64,000 bases of DNA from Mytilus trossulus (taxonomy: Eukaryota): NCBI RefSeq assembly GCF_036588685.1, contig NC_086385.1, positions 26,807,216 to 26,871,215 of the forward strand, in the 5' to 3' direction. Below, in pieces: positions 50,133-62,569 of this stretch. Both the position numbers and the translations under genes were made by a program. The notes beneath the pieces were generated by a model. The model searched no databases. It was not told the origin of the DNA and saw nothing but the letters and a program-made list of their open reading frames with translations. Position 1 is the first letter of the stretch. Each line of letters starts with the position of its first letter.

Positions 50133-50864
50133 TCTATAATACTAAAATTACGAAGTCCAATTTTTCAGCCGTCATCACGTAAAAACAACGAATCAAAGAA
50201 TTCTACTTTATATATCACTAATATAGTACAAAGGTGTAGATTGAAAATTACACCACTCCAGGCCCTTTTGTTTTACACGTAATTAATATTGCCAATAATT
50301 AAGAAGTTCCGGGTCGAGTCCGATACCGATACCAATAGTATATTCACCTGTTACCTATTACCTAATCTGTACGTTCCGCATCTGACAGGCGCACCACCAA
50401 ACGGTGTATTCAGGGTTAAAATGCTATATACACGGGTCATAATCACAGGGTTGACACTACTAAATTGTCAAAAAGCTACCTATTGTAGTATTTTAATCAG
50501 TAAGACTTTCTAAGATAACACGACTAAAAATGAGGAACAGTTTTCAATTTGTTAGTAGGCATACATGACGTAAATCAGCGAATCAAAGAATTCATCTTTA
50601 TTTATAACTAATATAGGACAATGTTGTTGATTAAAAAATACTCCATTCCAGGACCTTTTGTTTACCTAAAATCTCATATTACCAATAATTAATAAGTTCC
50701 AGTTCGACGGGTTCAAACAGAAAGATTTGAAAGCAGAGAAAAACTATGTATCTTATAATCGGCATGATTTTATCAGATGAAAATAATAATACGAAAATAA
50801 GACTTGCGCATAGTTATATACCTTAATTCAGTCACGGACCCGCGATATCACGGGTGTGTTCTAG
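50133..50864 (+). mobile_element. Non-autonomous Helitron
   Basis: A|TC...CTAG|T termini with a subterminal hairpin acccgcgatatcacgggt (50838-50855) and no TSD. The empty site aaatattaaataaactcatc is preserved in the paralogous block near 57087. Confidence 0.9.
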
Positions 50865-52683
50865 TATTAAATAAACTCATCACAAATACAAGGAGAAAAA
50901 TTTGTATTTACGCCAGACGCACGTTTCGTCTACGAAAGACTCAAATCCAAAAAAAGTTATGAAGGCCAAATAAAGTAATAAATTGAAGATAATTGAAGAC
51001 CAAAGTTCCTTAAAGTTTTTCCAAATACAGCTAAGGTAATTTAGTCCCGAGACGGAAAGCTTGAAAATTTCAAAAGTTTTGTAAATAGTTAATATATGGT
51101 TTTGATGAATGCTAATTCATCTAAATTCAATAAAGCGCTCTTAACGCAACATCATAATAAAATTTAATTGTCATTTGATAAGGATCTTAAGTTAGCTTCT
51201 ATAAAACAATCAATTATATCTACAAAATTCCTTATACGCAGATACACGCTTTTGTTTCCTTGATTAAGAGGTTGGAGCCTATGAAAGGGAAAGCAAATAT
51301 TTCCTTCGTAACCAAAGGATTTTTTTAAACGATTCTCATATGTATCTTATACAAAAAAATATTATAATATCCGTTTATCATTTTTTTTAGTGGCTATACG
51401 AATTCCTATATTTGAGTAAATAGAATGCTAAGAACTTGTATTTTAAAGGATGAACAAAAACTCACTAAAACACAATGTCATTTTCATCAAATAAAGATTG
51501 CCAAAGGTATCGGATTAATGTATTTATTTATAAGACGTCTGTATTTAAAATTAGACATTTCAAACCTCTGAATGTTCAAACTGCACAAGGAGATGTTTTT
51601 GTATCTATAAAAAATTAAAATTCTTTATTCATTCAAAAATTCGGGTTGTGTAAGGAAGTTTATATCCAAAGTGAGTAATACTTATACTATTATATTTAAT
51701 TCAAATTTATTTCTTGCACTCCCTTTTTGAATTAATATCTAATCTTTTCTTTATCTGTGTTATTATGTAAGTAATCATAACTTTCATGACTTATTATTTT
51801 TTTTTATTGACCTTTTGACGATAAACAAATATATGATTTATAGGCTATCGTTAAATACTTATATACATATACATTTTAGTGTACAGTCGAGCTCCCCGAT
51901 TAACGTGTATAATGAACACAACATCTTTTAAATTTGGTGTTAAATATGAATATGCCTTTTCTATGTTACTGCTATTTTCATGTTAAGTTACAGAACATGT
52001 ACAATTTACCTTACTTATTCTAATTACATCCAAAATATTCGATTTCCACCGAATCTATATGATCTAAACCGTTAGGAAGTATGTACTTAATGTGCATTGT
52101 ATAAAAACAGATTTGCATCTGGACATACAGGAATAACAATTGTAGTCTGTTTCCTTTATATGCATGTAGATTAATTTGTTTGTGTTTTTGTTTTACCGAA
52201 TAAAAACTTTCGAAAACGAAATGGAAAGAATAAAACAATAGATTACATAAGATGAAACATTGTTAACCAATGTTCATTAGCAAAAATCTATTTCAAATAT
52301 ACATATATAGATAAAAAAAAACTGAATTGTGTGTATTCTTGGACGGAAAAGACCAACTATACTTAATACGAATTTCGAGTAAATTCCAAAGTCAACATTT
52401 ATATATGATATATGAATGATCCAATCTTTAAACAACTTACATTATCATTAAACATGTAATACAAATAATTGAAGTTCTATTATCTGTTTTCTGATTTAGT
52501 ACATATTATTTCTTTAAATACTTTGGTAATTCAATGTTTGTTTAACAAGTCTTAAGGTTATAAAAATCGTATGCAGGAAAAACATAGAGATCGTTAGAAA
52601 TTATTAAGTACCTATCTCTATAGCAAACAATGGACAAAGAAAGAAGTAAATAGTTATCAAAGGTACCATTATTATAATTTAGT

Positions 52684-52716
52684 ACGCCAGACGCGCGTTT
52701 CGTCTCATCAGTGACG
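52684..52716 (-). ncRNA. Minimal type I hammerhead ribozyme motif (subfamily 1, helix II collapsed) inside a retrozyme-like repeat at about 52650-52950
   Basis: The minus strand reads cgtca-CTGATGA-gac-GAAAC-gcgc-GTC-tggcg. All core nucleotides are intact and helix I is cgtca/tggcg. Confidence 0.75.
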
Positions 52717-55204
52717 GTCATATTAAAATATTTACAAAGCCAAACAAGTACAAAGATGAAGAGCATTGCGGATCCAAAATTCCAAAACGTTATGCCAAAT
52801 AAAGCTAAGGTAATCTATGCCTGGGATAAGAAAAACCTTAGTTTTTGGAAAGATTCAAAATTTTGTAAACAGGAAAATAACAATATTATTGATATTCATG
52901 TCAACACCAAAGTGTTGACTACTGGGCTGGTGATACCCTAGGGGACTAAAGACCATACCCACGTATGACTACCGATCCCCCTTACAAAAAAAAAAGAAGA
53001 AAGTAACAAAGCTGAATCCACAAGCACACTAACCTTAAAATGGAAACAATGTATATTTGATAATACAGTAGAATGGACATAAATAATAACCCGTACACAA
53101 TAGAGCTATTAATGTAATATCAACGCCCTTAAATCATTCTCACATTTATTATGTGTTTAAAATTAAAGTACTTTACTTAAAATCTGTAGCAAGTTTGTCT
53201 AATGAAACAGTATTTTCGGTTTAATACTTTGTGATATTGTTGTCACTACTGGAACAGGATATGCTCGCAGTCGTGAGAAAGTTAGAGCTTCAACGTTTCC
53301 GGGGTAGGGTTTATCTTTTGCAGTCCTGTGATAACATGTATATTAAAATGGTTGTAGGTAGCTCATCAAGACTTCTTTTTCTTTGCGGTGCCAGTACAAA
53401 TTTCTCAACATTTTTACTTATCGTTTCACCTAACAGAGTATCCTTACTTTATAACTGTTTATAGGTTTTTCGTCCTGACTTAGCATGAAAAGTTGCAACA
53501 GAAAACAACCCATCAAGTATTTTAACAAAATATTTTCAAACAACGAAAACAGATTAGCCTCCATTAGCAACATAAGTAATTCTTATTTGCCAATGGGAAT
53601 ATATTTTGTTGCATGTAATAAATCCGCACGAGTTAAGAAAATAAAAATTAGGGCCTTTGCTCTCACTCTAGTTTTTTTATTCCACTTATGGTTCCTGGGT
53701 CTACTTATTTATCCATGTTCATTGTACTTTAATATCAGGAACAACGACACATGATACATAACAATTCATTAATTTATGTACAGTTATCGAATGTTTTGTA
53801 TGTTTTAGTTAAACATACATGTTATACTTATATTTCTTATCATCACCCCAATGATTCTTGACGTAAAGCTTATTTTATGTCATGCTGTTTTTTTTGTTTT
53901 ATCCTGGATTTATTTTGGTATTTCATTTAACTTTAGAATAATACCACGAGTGTGATTAGGGAATGAAATGTTATCTAAAAATTTAAACTTTTCAATATTT
54001 TGTTTCGTTTTATTCTCCCCTTGAAACACTTAACCGTATTCAATTAAGAGATGTCACTATATGTAGGACGTGAAAATAGTTCATGTAAACTATACTTATA
54101 ATTTGCGTTTATGAATTGACGAACAAATATAAATTCCCAGCAGTTTACGTTATGATCTAAATACAAATGTATACCAAATCAACTTTTTTTGTGAGTTTTT
54201 AGAATTAAAAATAAGAAAAGCTTATGTCTGATATGAAAAGTCTTAAACACGGTAAGCTGTCAAACGCACACTTATCCTCATGTCTGGTCTATATCAGACT
54301 TGTCCACTGGTCTGGTCAGTAGCAGACCAGTTCACATGTTTGGCCAGGAGCAGACATTTACACAGGTTGGTCTAGGGTCTAAATCATACTTGTCAACATG
54401 TCTGGTCTAGATCAGACCTGTCCATAGGTCTACAGCAGTCCCTTAAAAAGCAGACCGTAGTTCTGGTCTACAAACGACGAAGTAAATTTGCTTGTTTGAT
54501 AAAAATTCTCATGTTAACTTAGAAAGCAGTTAACAAGTCTGCTCCAGGTAAGCTTGTGTACAGGTAAGAACCGCACCTATCTGTATGTCTATGAGTATTC
54601 TGAAAATTATTTATACCAAATCGTGCTCAAAATGAGAAAGTTAGCAATCACACTATTTTCATAATTGATAAATTGAGATTTTAAACCAAATCCTATTTCT
54701 TATGATAAATACTGTTCGTTTGTTATTATACTATTTTCGATTAAAACGTTTTTTATAACATGAACATGTATTTTTGCGGTAAAGCTTTATTATTTTGGTA
54801 TTGCGTTTTACCTGTAGAATTACACCATGAGTGTGATTAAGGCATAGAATGATTTTTAAAAACTTAAACATCCCAATATTTTGTTTCTTTTAATTTTCTC
54901 CTTGAAACACTTAACCGTATTTAATTTGAAAGTGTCACCATATATAGGACATTAAGTGAAAATAGTTCATGTGAACTATACGTATGAATTACGGATATGA
55001 ATTGCCGATCAAATATAAATTAAAAACAGCTTACGTCTTGATCTGAATATAAATCAATACGGATTTAACTTTTTTTTTTTATTATAAATAAAGAGTAAAG
55101 AAAAAACATTTTTAGTCAAATCTATTCTGAATAATAGTTATCATAAATCTTGCTTAAAAAAAGAAAAATGGCAAGTCATATCGTTACAATAATGATTAAC
55201 TATA

Positions 55205-56825
55205 TAATTAACATAAAATTGAGAAGGGAAATGATGAATGTGTCAAAGCGACAACAACCCGACCATAGAGCAGACAACAGCCGAAGTCCACCAATGAGTC
55301 TTCAATGTAGCGAGAAACTCCAGCACCTGTAGGTGTCCTTTACCTGGCCCCTTAAAAAATATGTATATTAGTACAGTGATAATGGACTTTATACTAAACT
55401 CCGAATTATACACAAAAAATTAAAATTAAAAATCAAACAAGACTAACAAAGGCCGAGGCTCCTGACTTGGGACAGGTGCAAACATTCGGAGGGGTTAAAC
55501 ATGTTTATGAGATCTCAACCCTCCCCCTATACCTCTAGCAATGTAGAAAAGTAAACGCATAACAATACGCACATTACAATGAATGTGGATATCAGGTACC
55601 ATCCCTCCCGTTAGGGGTTTAGTATCATACTATCATGAAATATATGAGAAGAGCATAACCTGTGTCATGCCAACAACTGTTTTTCAAATCAATGTGTTTA
55701 GTTCCGATGCAAAGACCCTATAAGGGAATCAATATTCAAGCCAAAATATGCAATCTTTAATGACCTGACAACAGTATCGTAACTATATCACTTCTTAATA
55801 AGTCTGTTAAAAGGTTTTGAAATCTTTTGAGGTAAATACTGACATTTTTATGCTTTGTAATGAATATTACAATAAAAGATTGGATGTGAAATACTTGAAC
55901 GTATAAGATGTCTGCATGTTGAGTTATATATACGAATTATTTCCTTATACCGATTATAAAATTTAGTAAATGTTTTGACTAGTTTGTGATATCGAAAACC
56001 CTGGTGTAATAATTTTTCATTTATACATAAATTTCTCTCGCTAAAATCTAATACTTTATTACATACACGAGCGAATCGTACAAGTTGATATATATAAACA
56101 CCATAAGATGGTGACAATGGAACATCACCATATAAAAATGGATAATTAACGATAGGAAATGAAAAATCATCCCTTTTATCATAAATTTTAGTATTCAGCT
56201 TTCCGTTAGTGATATAGATATTAAGATCGAGGAAAGGGCAGTGGTCATTGTTATTATAAACTTTATTTAAAGTATGTTCAACAGGATACATTTCTCTAAT
56301 ATACATACTGAAGTCATCATTACTGAGATCCAAAATATCATCCAAATATCTAAAAGTGTTATTAAATTTGTTTTTCAGATGTTGTTTCGATGGGTCTTTG
56401 CTTATTTTTGTCATAAATTGTAACTCATAGCAATACAAAAACAGGTCCGCAATAAATGGTGCACAGTTAGTCCCCATTTGAATTATGATAACCTGACGAT
56501 ATAAGGAATCCCCTAAGAGAACAAAAATGTTATCTAGTAAAATTTCAAGGGCAAATAAAGTATCAAAACATGTCCAATTGACATAGTGTTTTTGTTTATT
56601 ATACATTCTCTTTTATCATACATTTTTATATTAAGCTTCCCGTTTATGATATAGATATCAAGATGGGAGAAAGGGCAGTTGTCATTGTTAGTACCAGCTT
56701 TATGTAAAGTAAGTTCAACAGGACACATTTCTTTAGTATACATACTGAAGTCGTCATTATTGAGAGCCAATATATCATTCAAATATATAAAAGTATTGTT
56801 AAATTTTTGTATCAAATGTTGTCTT
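55205..56825 (-). mobile_element. Penelope-like retroelement remnant including its 3' non-coding tail
   Basis: Contains the RT fragments. The flanks (ggcaagtcatatc...acaata and tatgactagcc) are nearly contiguous in the paralogous block at about 48700-48760, which delimits the insertion. Confidence 0.75.
55848..56820 (-). pseudogene. 5'-truncated Penelope-like element reverse transcriptase (C-terminal RT motifs and thumb), with a duplicated RT fragment
   Basis: QMGTNCAPFIADLFLYCYE, FRYLDDIL, CPFLDL, IYDKRDDFSFPIVNYP and YGVYIYQLVRFARVC are typical of invertebrate Penelope-like RTs. The segment at about 56610-56820 repeats QHL..KFNNTF.YL.DIL...YDKR. N-terminal RT motifs are absent. Confidence 0.85.
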
Positions 56826-59800
56826 ATGACTAGCCCACGCATTGGCATAATGATTTATATTCATATGATGAGTTTGATCTATGTATAATTACAGGATTTT
56901 TTTATTTATTTCAAAAGCATACAATTGTCGATGAAGACACGTATATGTTAATGTATAAAAAAGTCTTATTTATAGGTTTTACATGTATCATAATTCTTTT
57001 TATATTTGATTCAACCCAAGTCTAAGTTTACCATTTGGAGTTAGCGATAATTTTAATGTTATTTTATTCATTTTACTGCTTTTTTTAAATATTAAATAAA
57101 CTCATCGCAGATACCAGGATTAAAATGTGTATTTACGCCAGACGCAAGTTTCGTCTACTAAATACTCGAATCCAAAAAAAGTTATAAAGGCCAAATAAAG
57201 TAATACATTGAAGAAAAGTAAGGACCAAAGTTCTTAAAAGTTTTGCTTAATACAGCTAATGTAATCTAGTCCCGAGGTAGAAAGCCTTCGTATTTTAAAA
57301 ATTCGTATTTAAAAAAGTTTTGTAAACAGTTAATTTATGGTTTTGATGTTTGGTAATTCATCTGAGTTCAATAAAGAGCTTTGAGAGAAACAACATTAAA
57401 AGTTTAATTCTCATTTGATAAGGATATTTAGTTTTCGATAGTCTTGCGTTCACAATAATGTGCTATATATAAAATTGAAATGATATGTAAAAAATAAATA
57501 AAAAAATAACACGTTTTATTTATTATTTATTTCAAATCAATATTCAATCTTCGTATAACCTAGGAAAAGATAAACACCATGTTATATATTAAACAGAACA
57601 ATTTAACGTCACATAATACACATTTTGATAAATAATGTCTGTTCAGCGGTGCCGGAGGTCATTTTTGACAGCAATATCTTAATACATATTTTCTCATTGT
57701 TTCTAGACAGATTTTATTGTGTTTGAACTCCTTTTCCTAAAGTTATTAATGGGTATTCTGCATATGAAATAAAAAAAAATGGAATCAACATTTATTCTAA
57801 TGAAATGTTCAATAGTGTATTACTGTGTTTGATACTATTTTTCGTGGATTCATCGGTACTGGTAAACCACGAAATTGAATGAATGGCAAATTTTCTAAAG
57901 GCTTGTAGGCAGACCTCGGCAAAACAATGCAATTAAATATCAACGAACAAACATGTTTTCCTTTATTCACGAAAATTGTTACCCATCCATGGTACATACA
58001 TGAATCAAAAGTATTTACTGCACCAAATGGGAATCTCGAAAAAAACGTATAAGTTCAATAATGCTCCATATCGATATATTTCATTGTATTTGAAAGCTAT
58101 AACTTGATAAAGATATATTTACTGTTTCTAGATACTTTCCTTTGGTTTCCGGAAAGAGTTAGTTGCATTCATTTACATATGCATCATATCAATCATCCGC
58201 TATTCTCTTTGACGAATATGTGTTGAATTGTGTTCGCATATTCTTAATTGTATTCCTGCGTTTATGAAATAATCAATTATATCTACAAAAATCTCTCATA
58301 CGCAGATATATGCGTTTGTTTCCTGATTTGAGAGTTTAATGTTAAGTTGCAGTACATATACCATTTTCCTGAAGACGTGATTTACATCATTAACATTCGA
58401 TTCTATCGAATCTATATACTCTAAAGACGAAGAAAGTATTAATGTACTTCATTGTGATTGTATAAGAACAGATTAACAACAAGACACACAGAAATGATAT
58501 TTTGAGTGTGTTTCCTGTGTATGAATGTGCATTAGTTTGTGAAGAACTACACGGGAAAAAAACCCCAACAGGTTAAATATGAGAAAACATTGTTTACCGA
58601 TGTTCAAATAGTTAAAAATCAATCTCTAATTTACATATCAAGATAAAAATAAATGACTGAATCGTATGAATTCCTTTGACTAAAAAGGCCAACTATATGT
58701 AACACGAGTTTCAAGTACATTTTAAGGTCAAAATGTAATTCACATAATATTTAAAAATGATCCAATCTTGATATAGCTTACGTATAAAATGTACCAAAAA
58801 AACAAAAATATAATTTTTCGGAATTTTTATTTTCTGTTTTCTGATTCAATGCATATATAATTTCTTCAAATAGTTTGGTAATTTTATGTTTGTGATATAA
58901 GTCTAAATGTTATAAAAAATAGTACGAAGGGAGTACAAATAGTCCTTTTTAAAAGGATTGATAACCTATTTCTATAGCAAACAATGACAAAGAAAGGAGA
59001 AATACAATACCCCCCTCTTTTGACCAAACAAAGAGTTAATTTAACAAAACTAAAATTACAAACACAAAAACCTAATCCTAGGTACAAGGTATATTTGAAA
59101 ATATAGTAGAATGGACATAAATAATAACCCATACAAAATAAAGCTATTCATGTACATTCAAAGCTTTTGAATTATTCCCATAATTAGAATGTCTTTCAGA
59201 TTTGAAATATAAAATCTATAGTAAGTTTGTTCTAACAGAAACAGTATTTTCGGTTAAAAAGTTAAAAAATATGTCACATACTTTGTGATACTTTTGTCAC
59301 TCATGGAAGAGGATTTGCTCATAGTCACGAGAAAATAAGAGCTTCAACTTTTCCAAGGTCTGTATTTCTCAGTCAGGGGATAACTTATGCATATTTAGTA
59401 ATTACTTAAAAAAAATTTAATTTCACGAACATTTGTGATTTGTGGTCATATATTTGTTTTGTATTTCAGCATTTGTGGATAAAACTATTTTTTATCTAAA
59501 CAAAAGGATATAATTATGCTTCTATGTTCTGGTTTTAGAGTTTGCGTCCCTGAAAAGGTAAGAACATATTTCTTTTCTAACCAGAAACGTTTTATAAAGA
59601 ATTCTCATATGTATCTAAAGAAGATTAATAATACACCGTTCTTTTCAAATGTTATATTGGCGGCTATGCATATTTCTTTATTATCTTAACAAATTGAATG
59701 TTAAACACTTATTTCTCGAAAAGTGAGCAAAAAACAAAATATCACCCCCCCAAATAAAACCAAAAAACCACCCCAAAACACAATGCCATTTTTATCAATT

Positions 59801-60374
59801 ACATAGAATCATAACTTTCATGACACTGTCAGAAATTCGTCGATTGGAATTTAATTGCATTATGTATGTTTCATTATAATACGATGTTTAATTGGCTTAC
59901 ATCTTCATTGCGTTATTCTGAAAATCGGCTTCTTTCTAACATGAATTGCGACATTTATTATGACACGAGCTTCTACAATAAAGAGCACAGTCAGGCAAAT
60001 AAATAAAGAAATTTTGTTAGAAACGTGTTATCCTGATCCTAGTAAATGCAACACATAGTATTTAATGCTTCTTAAAAATATATCTATAGGGTTGCTAAAA
60101 GATTTGCCGTACGCTTATTTTATGTTAAAAGCGCGTATGCACTTCATAAAAAAGTATTTCGAAGTATCGTTCAACGAGTTGAAGCCCCAACAAATTTACC
60201 AAAAAAAGATTATATCTTATTTTTTATTTCTTACATGTTATAAATTATATACTATGTTAATTTATGTAAGTACTAGTACTTTGGTAATTTAATGTGTATA
60301 ACAGTTTACATTTGTTATTGTTAGACACATAACGTAAGAAGGATATACATAATAAGTTCTATCTAAATTATTAG

Positions 60375-60662
60375 TAATAACATTAACGGTACCATTTTTT
60401 CTGCACCAGATGCGCATTTTGACAATACTTGTAACTTCAGTGATGTTCGTGGCCAAAATATGTAAAATCCAAAGGTTAATTTAATAACACAAAAAAATCC
60501 GTATTTCAATGCCAGTACCTACTGGGCTGCTAGTGATACCCTTGACTAACAGTCCACCAGCAGAGGCATCAACCCAGTGGTAGTTATAACATTAACGGTA
60601 CCAATTGTTCTGCACCAGATGCGCATTCCGACAATACATGCCTTTTCAGTGATGCTTGTGGC
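60375..60662 (-). repeat. Tandem retrozyme-like repeat with two degenerate hammerhead motifs (60403-60446, 60612-60655)
   Basis: ataacattaacggtacca...gcaccagatgcgcatt..gacaatac.tg...ttcagtgatg is repeated 209 nt apart. It shares cagtccaccagcagaggc with 32375-32400. Confidence 0.7.
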
Positions 60663-62009
60663 ATTTAAGTTCTATTTCGTAGTAATTCCACTGGAGCTTT
60701 TTCACAAATGTTTATCCCTGGCAATACAATCAACATTTAGTTTTCTTAATTGAATTGTTGCATCATTTTCATTTAGATTTGACTTCCGGTATTGGATTTT
60801 CTCATTCTTGAAGGAATTACGTTTGCCTATAATTGAATTTTTGAAATGTGGTGGATATATGTCTTATTTTTAATCAAACCACATCTCCTAAATTGAAAAA
60901 AAACGCGTTAAACATGTTAAAGCTTAAAAAGATGTAACTGTTGTTTGAGAAAATAATTAGTTTTCATAAATTTGCTGCTATCTTAAACTCTGTTTCTTCT
61001 GTATCACATACATGTTGTAAAATGACCCTATAAAAAGTCACAGAATAATTATTAAGAATATAGAATAACTGTCGAGCAATCTTTGGGTTAACAGCTCTCC
61101 AATTTTTTTTAAAATGATTCAACCAAACAATTGATTGCTTGATTTTTCAACAATTTTGCCACCGCCTTTCATAAAGCTGATAAAATCAGGAAATATATTT
61201 TGTTAAACACATGCTACATCAAAATGTGTGTGTTCTTCCTGTCTTGTGATACAGTTGTTAAATATTACTTTAACCTTTAATCTCTTCAATGTGCTGTCGG
61301 AAAGGATATTATATAGGAAGGAAAGAAATTTCTAATTTTTATGTAAAACCGAAGTACAAAAACAAGGAAAACATGCTTAATTAAACTCAGACTATTTAAA
61401 TATGATTAACACAACGTTATAAATTAAATACAAGTATTTACTACACGTACATGGTGTTTGTGGCTAGCTCTGTGAATATACTTATCAGCAGTTCCTTTCC
61501 TGAAAAAAATATTGTATTTGCTGTGATATTATTTGCAAGTAGAGATATGCTGACTCTGGGCTCGAAATGGCACAGAACGAGACGCGGAGGTAAATATTTA
61601 GCAGTATTGTATAGTTTGCATATTTTTAAAACTACATGCACGCGCAGTCTTTAAATCAAAATGACGGTGACAAACCAAATCATGAGTTTTTTTTCTCTAA
61701 ATATCGTACGCTGAATTCTGTATAATTAAGTTTTCAAAATCATTTTAAGAATACACATGGTAATGTAGTGAAATTCATTGTCTTCTTGAACGGAATTTAT
61801 TATTATCTTTTTATTTTTAATTTATATGTAATTAATAATTAATCAACCATTTATTTAAACAAAAAATGTTTTGTAGTCTTTTATTTAAGTCAGTTTATTG
61901 CTGATGTATATTTAAAAAATAAGCTGACTTAAAAGTCATAATATTAAAGTAGTACATTTTTATAACTAAACCATATTTTTGTTCAGTATCTCAAAAGATT
62001 CACGTTCCT

Positions 62010-62413
62010 GTAAAGAATAAAAAAACATTTGTCACGTGGCACAAACTCCAATAACCTGTGTGTGTTATTAATCCTCTAGTACTATAACATTATATTAAAT
62101 TAAAGAAAAAAATCGCGTTTGATTTATACATGTAACTTGATGGCATTTTCGGAAGAAAAATGATCAAACCATTATTTCAATCTTAATTGAACCAATTTGT
62201 TTGGTTACTCAGTAAAGAATAAAAAAACATTTGTCACGTGGCACAAACGCCAATAACCTGTGTGTGTTATTAATCTTCTAGTACTATAACATTATATTAA
62301 ATTAAAGAAAAAAATCGCGTTTGATTTATACATGTAACTTGATGGCATTTTCGGAAGAAAAATTATCAAACCATTATTTTGATCTTAATTGAACCAATTG
62401 GTTTGGTTACTCA
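62010..62413. repeat. Near-perfect direct tandem duplication, 2 x 202 bp
   Basis: gtaaagaataaaaaaacatttgtcacgtggcacaaac starts at 62010 and 62212, with only a few substitutions. Confidence 0.95.
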
Positions 62414-62569
62414 GTATCTTTGTCGTAAATTGCTACTTGATTGCTTTTGCAAGAATAACTATGTCTTCTCTTGAATGAATATCTAGTGGCTAAATTAGAC
62501 ATTTTGTTATGATTTAAGGGGCATGTCATGTTTTTGCAATTTGTCCTTGATTTCTTGATATTCTAATTG

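Larger units (their letters stand above)
47850..59400. repeat. Tandem segmental duplication of a ~6-kb non-coding unit (about 47850-53350 and 53470-59400)
   Basis: Colinear anchors: gacttagcatg (47857/53477), ccacgagtg.gattagg (48358/53944, third copy near 54824), caattgtcgat (49922/56922), aatcaattatatctacaaaa (51208/58271), tagcaaacaatg (52621/58975), gtagaatggacataaataataaccc (53068/59106). Confidence 0.8.

Noticed and set aside
553-61654. Remaining 60-100 aa ORFs in the track
   Set aside because: Mostly non-ATG starts with F/I/K/L-biased composition expected from AT-rich non-coding DNA or repeats; no recognisable motifs.
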